Shown here: one piece after another, positions 23,104 to 26,436 of the stretch
Layout of the letters: each line of letters starts with the position of its first letter
Numbering within the stretch: the first letter of the stretch is position 1
NCBI GenBank assembly: GCA_043228905.1
Contig: JBHGNT010000427.1
Span: forward strand, 1-26,436
From: Azolla caroliniana
Lineage: Eukaryota > Plantae > Polypodiophyta
Length of the DNA: 26,436 nt
Direction of reading: 5' to 3'
The notes under the pieces: model-generated
What the model was told of the DNA's origin: nothing
The model's database searches: none
What the model saw: only the letters and a program-made list of their open reading frames with translations
Position numbers and translations under genes: made by a program

Positions 23104-23874
23104 TTAGAAGCGACGAATACAAGCACGAGGGCGAAGATCGCACTGTTGGAGTAGGCGGGAGGCGGCGACGCCTAGAGCTCTTTCCTCGTCATCGGCCTTG
23201 AATTGGCGACGTTGTTGACGTTCGTCCTCTTGTCGTCGAGACATGCGGTGGCGGCGTTCGTCACCCTCTCGTCGCTCACGGCTGCTATCTCTCTCGCGCT
23301 CCTCGTCCTCTTCCTCCCAGCTACGGTGTTCCCTTGATTGTTGGCCATGGCGTCGGCCTTCATCATTGCGTCGTTCCTCCTCGTCAGCATACAAGGCATC
23401 ACGTAGGCGATCGCATCGATCTTCGGCGGGGATTCGTTCGACGTTCCTGCAGCACCGTTCCGAGGGTCTTGAGTATCGAGTGTTTTCGATCCATGGGGAG
23501 CGACGTCCTTGTTCACCTTCCTCTCTTTCGGAGCGCTCTTGTAGCTCTCGGATCTGCTTGTCGATGAAATCACCGCACTCTCGCCTCAGTTCCTCGTCAC
23601 GTGGCTCATCGCGACCACGGCTACGACGTTCCCTTTCCTCTTCGGAGTCTCTCTTGTTGTCTCTGTAGCGGCGCCCCTCCTCAAGGAACCCCTCACGACG
23701 TCGCTCGCACTCCCCCTCTCGGCGTCGATCGCGCCTCTCCTCGTCAATGTCTCCCTCACGACGTCGATCGCGTCGCTCCTCTTCACGGTCCCGCCCTACA
23801 GACCTAGCATTGGCCGCGGTACACGCGGCGAGCATGATCACGGCCATGAGGAATACGGAAGTAAGCTTTGCCAT
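23104..23874 (-). CDS. Copy 15: 256-aa variant, intact
   Basis: Translation identical to copy 12. Confidence 0.85.
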   Translation of the reverse strand: MAKLTSVFLMAVIMLAACTAANARSVGRDREEERRDRRREGDIDEERRDRRREGECERRREGFLEEGRRYRDNKRDSEEERERRSRGRDEPRDEELRRECGDFIDKQIRELQERSEREEGEQGRRSPWIENTRYSRPSERCCRNVERIPAEDRCDRLRDALYADEEERRNDEGRRHGQQSREHRSWEEEDEERERDSSRERREGDERRHRMSRRQEDERQQRRQFKADDEERALGVAASRLLQQCDLRPRACIRRF

Positions 23875-24317
23875 TGCGATTGTCCTTATGATCCCGGTGC
23901 TTGTCTCCTAATGGATTGTATTGACATTGCTCCCTCCACCTTTAATATATACACATGGCCATGCAATCAGAGCACATGCATGTCACTCACCACTCCCATT
24001 ACCATAACGTGTGTGTCCTGCGTACAACTCTTGCCCAAGACCCATACCAACTAGTCCACCCTCCCACACGTCTAGGCTAGTCCTAGGTGTCGTATTGTCA
24101 CCAGACAATCTGGGCGCAACCTGTAGCGGGTACTCCTCCTCCTCGCGCGAGAGCTTGTCGAGCAACATAACATTTATACATACATAGGTAAATGTGCGCA
24201 CTCGCGCGTGCGCGTAGGGGTGTGCGGGCACGTGCACATTAAACTAGAACGCGCTAGTGCCGAGACACTAAGCACGCGGAGGCTACTGCGGGACGAGTGG
24301 TGGCTCCCGAGTGTGCT

Positions 24318-24336
24318 AGTACTCTGCGTTGATACC
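24318..24336 (-). other. Fragment of the SMART / PacBio ultra-low-input amplification adapter (technical contamination)
   Basis: AGTACTCTGCGTTGATACC is the reverse complement of GGTATCAACGCAGAGTACT, the 3' part of AAGCAGTGGTATCAACGCAGAGTAC(T). It is absent from all other units. Confidence 0.93.
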
Positions 24337-24737
24337 TGTCCGTACTCGCTCGTTCGGACGGACGAGGGGTTGGTAACGACGACGACAAGGAAAGCTAACC
24401 GGACTACCACACTAGGAGTGTCCTATCGGGCAAGTGTGGAAGCAAGTTCACATTCGCCGCGTGTACAAGTTGACCTTAGCCTTAGCCGTTGCCGTGGCGT
24501 GTGCGGTATGGGTGTCCTGCTTTGATGTTTTCTTTTCCGTTTGGGTGGTTTGCGGTCCCTATAGGCAAATTCTATGCGTTGGTGCTCGTGTTTACGTTCG
24601 TGTTGGAGGGACGTTGGTGCTCGTGTTTACGTTCGTGTGGGTGTAATGCGCGATTGGGGAGACGCACTTGTTCGTAAACACTTACGAGAAATTAGAGAGA
24701 GACCACGAGAATAATTTGAACAAGGTTTATGTACTAT

Positions 24738-25523
24738 TTAGAAGCGACGAATACAAGCACGAGGGCGAAGATCGCACTGTTGGAGTAGGCGGGAGGCGGC
24801 GACGCCTAGAGCTCTTTCCTCGTCATCGGCCTTGAATTGGCGACGTTGTTGACGTTCGTCCTCTTGTCGTCGAGACATGCGGTGGCGGCGTTCGTCACCC
24901 TCTCGTCGCTCACGGCTGCTATCTCTCTCGCGCTCCTCGTCCTCTTCCTCCCAGCTACGGTGTTCCCTTGATTGTTGGCCATGGCGTCGGCCTTCATCAT
25001 TGCGTCGTTCCTCCTCGTCAGCATACAAGGCATCACGTAGGCGATCGCATCGATCTTCGGCGGGGATTCGTTCGACGTTCCTGCGGCACCGTTCCGAGGG
25101 TCTTGAGTATCGAGTGTTTTCGATCCATGGGGAGCGACGTCCTTGTTCACCTTCCTCTCTTTCGGAGCGCTCTTGTAGCTCTCGGATCTGCTTGTCGATG
25201 AAATCACCGCACTCTCGCCTCAGTTCCTCGTCACGTGGCTCATCGCGACCACGGCTACGACGTTCCCTTTCCTCTTCGGAGTCTCTCTTGTTGTCTCTGT
25301 AGCGGCGCCCCTCCTCAAGGAACCCCTCACGACGTCGCTCGCGCCTCTCGTCATCGCACTCCCCCTCTCGGCGTCGATCGCGCCTCTCCTCGTCAATGTC
25401 TCCCTCACGACGTCGATCGCGTCGCTCCTCTTCACGGTCCCGCCCTACAGACCTAGCATTGGCCGCGGTACACGCGGCGAGCATGATCACGGCCATGAGG
25501 AATACGGAAGTAAGCTTTGCCAT
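24738..25523 (-). CDS. Copy 16: 261-aa form with a C147R substitution
   Basis: A>G at 25085 changes ERCCRN to ERCRRN. Confidence 0.8.
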   Translation of the reverse strand: MAKLTSVFLMAVIMLAACTAANARSVGRDREEERRDRRREGDIDEERRDRRREGECDDERRERRREGFLEEGRRYRDNKRDSEEERERRSRGRDEPRDEELRRECGDFIDKQIRELQERSEREEGEQGRRSPWIENTRYSRPSERCRRNVERIPAEDRCDRLRDALYADEEERRNDEGRRHGQQSREHRSWEEEDEERERDSSRERREGDERRHRMSRRQEDERQQRRQFKADDEERALGVAASRLLQQCDLRPRACIRRF

Positions 25524-26392
25524 TGCGATTGTCCTTATGATCCCGGTGCTTGTCTCCTAATGGATTGTATTGACATTGCTCCCTCCACCTTTAATATATA
25601 CACATGGCCATGCAATCAGAGCACATGCATGTCACTCACCACTCCCATTACCATAACGTGTGTGTCCTGCGTACAACTCTTGCCCAAGACCCATACCAAC
25701 TAGTCCACCCTCCCACACGTCTAGGCTAGTCCTAGGTGTCGTATTGTCACCAGACAATCTGGGCGCAACCTGTAGCGGGTACTCCTCCTCCTCGCGCGAG
25801 AGCTTGTCGAGCAACATAACATTTATACATACATAGGTAAATGTGCGCACTCGCGCGTGCGCGTAGGGGTGTGCGGGCACGTGCACATTAAACTAGAACG
25901 CGCTAGTGCCGAGACACTAAGCACGCGGAGGCTACTGCGGGACGAGTGGTGGCTCCCGAGTGTGCTACATCGATGAACGTAGATAGACCGGTGTCCGTAC
26001 TCGCTCGTTCGGACGGACGAGGGGTTGGTAACGACGACGACAAGGAAAGCTAACCGGACTACCACACTAGGAGTGTCCTATCGGGCAAGTGTGGAAGCAA
26101 GTTCACATTCGCCGCGTGTACAAGTCGACCTTAGCCTTAGCCGTTGCCGTGGCGTGTGCGGTATGGGTGTCCTGCTTTGATGTTTTTTTTTCCGTTTGGG
26201 TGGTTTGCGGTCCCTATAGGCAAATTCTATGCGTTGGTGCTCGTGTTTACGTTCGTGTTGGAGGGACGTTGGTGCTCGTGTTTACGTTCGTGTGGGTGTA
26301 ATGCGCGATTGGGGAGACGCACTTGTTCGTAAACACTTACGAGAAATTAGAGAGAGACCACGAGAATAATTTGAACAAGGTTTATGTACTAT

Positions 26393-26436
26393 TTAGAAGC
26401 GACGAATACAAGCACGAGGGCAAAGATCGCACTGTT
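26393..26436 (-). CDS. Copy 17: partial 3' end, truncated by the window edge; R253C variant
   Basis: Encodes ...QCDLCPRACIRRF*. G>A at 26422. Confidence 0.75.
   Translation of the reverse strand, partial: QCDLCPRACIRRF

Larger units (their letters stand above)
1..26436. repeat. Head-to-tail tandem gene array, 16 complete units plus a partial 17th; consensus unit 1655 bp (variant 1640 bp)
   Basis: The same stop codon recurs at 79, 1734, 3389, 5026, 6682, 8336, 9988, 11639, 13259, 14914, 16569, 18184, 19824, 21464, 23104, 24738 and 26393. The spacings are 1655,1655,1637,1656,1654,1652,1651,1620,1655,1655,1615,1640,1640,1640,1634,1655. Both window ends fall inside the array. Confidence 0.99.

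Noticed and set aside
1-26436. Transposon, viral concatemer or CRISPR interpretation of the repeats
   Set aside because: No transposase, RT, Rep or capsid ORF, no terminal repeats or target-site duplications, and no unique spacers. The unit is a eukaryotic Pol II gene.

Overview
The whole 26.4-kb window is one head-to-tail tandem array: 16 complete units of about 1.65 kb plus the start of a 17th. Each unit has a single intronless minus-strand gene for a secreted protein of 261 aa (256 aa in a variant) that is about 26% Arg and rich in Glu/Asp. Its cysteine skeleton (LxxC..CC..xRC..LxxxC..PxxC) marks it as a divergent plant 2S-albumin/prolamin-superfamily storage protein. Each unit also carries its own compact seed/spore-maturation-type promoter (TATA box, RY CATGCATG, ACGT/G-box elements). 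The units are almost identical, including the non-coding spacer. Nine copies have intact ORFs and seven are frameshifted. Notable protein features are the apparent coordinated loss of the C1-C5 disulfide pair, an extra unpaired Cys in an N-terminal 13-aa repeat, and large Arg/Glu insertions. The sequence also shows technical scars. A fragment of the SMART/PacBio ultra-low-input amplification adapter replaces native sequence at 24318-24336, and three 17-25 bp deletions mark the borders of blocks with different error or haplotype profiles. Copy number, copy order and most frameshifts may therefore be assembly artefacts. The organism cannot be identified beyond 'probably a land plant'.
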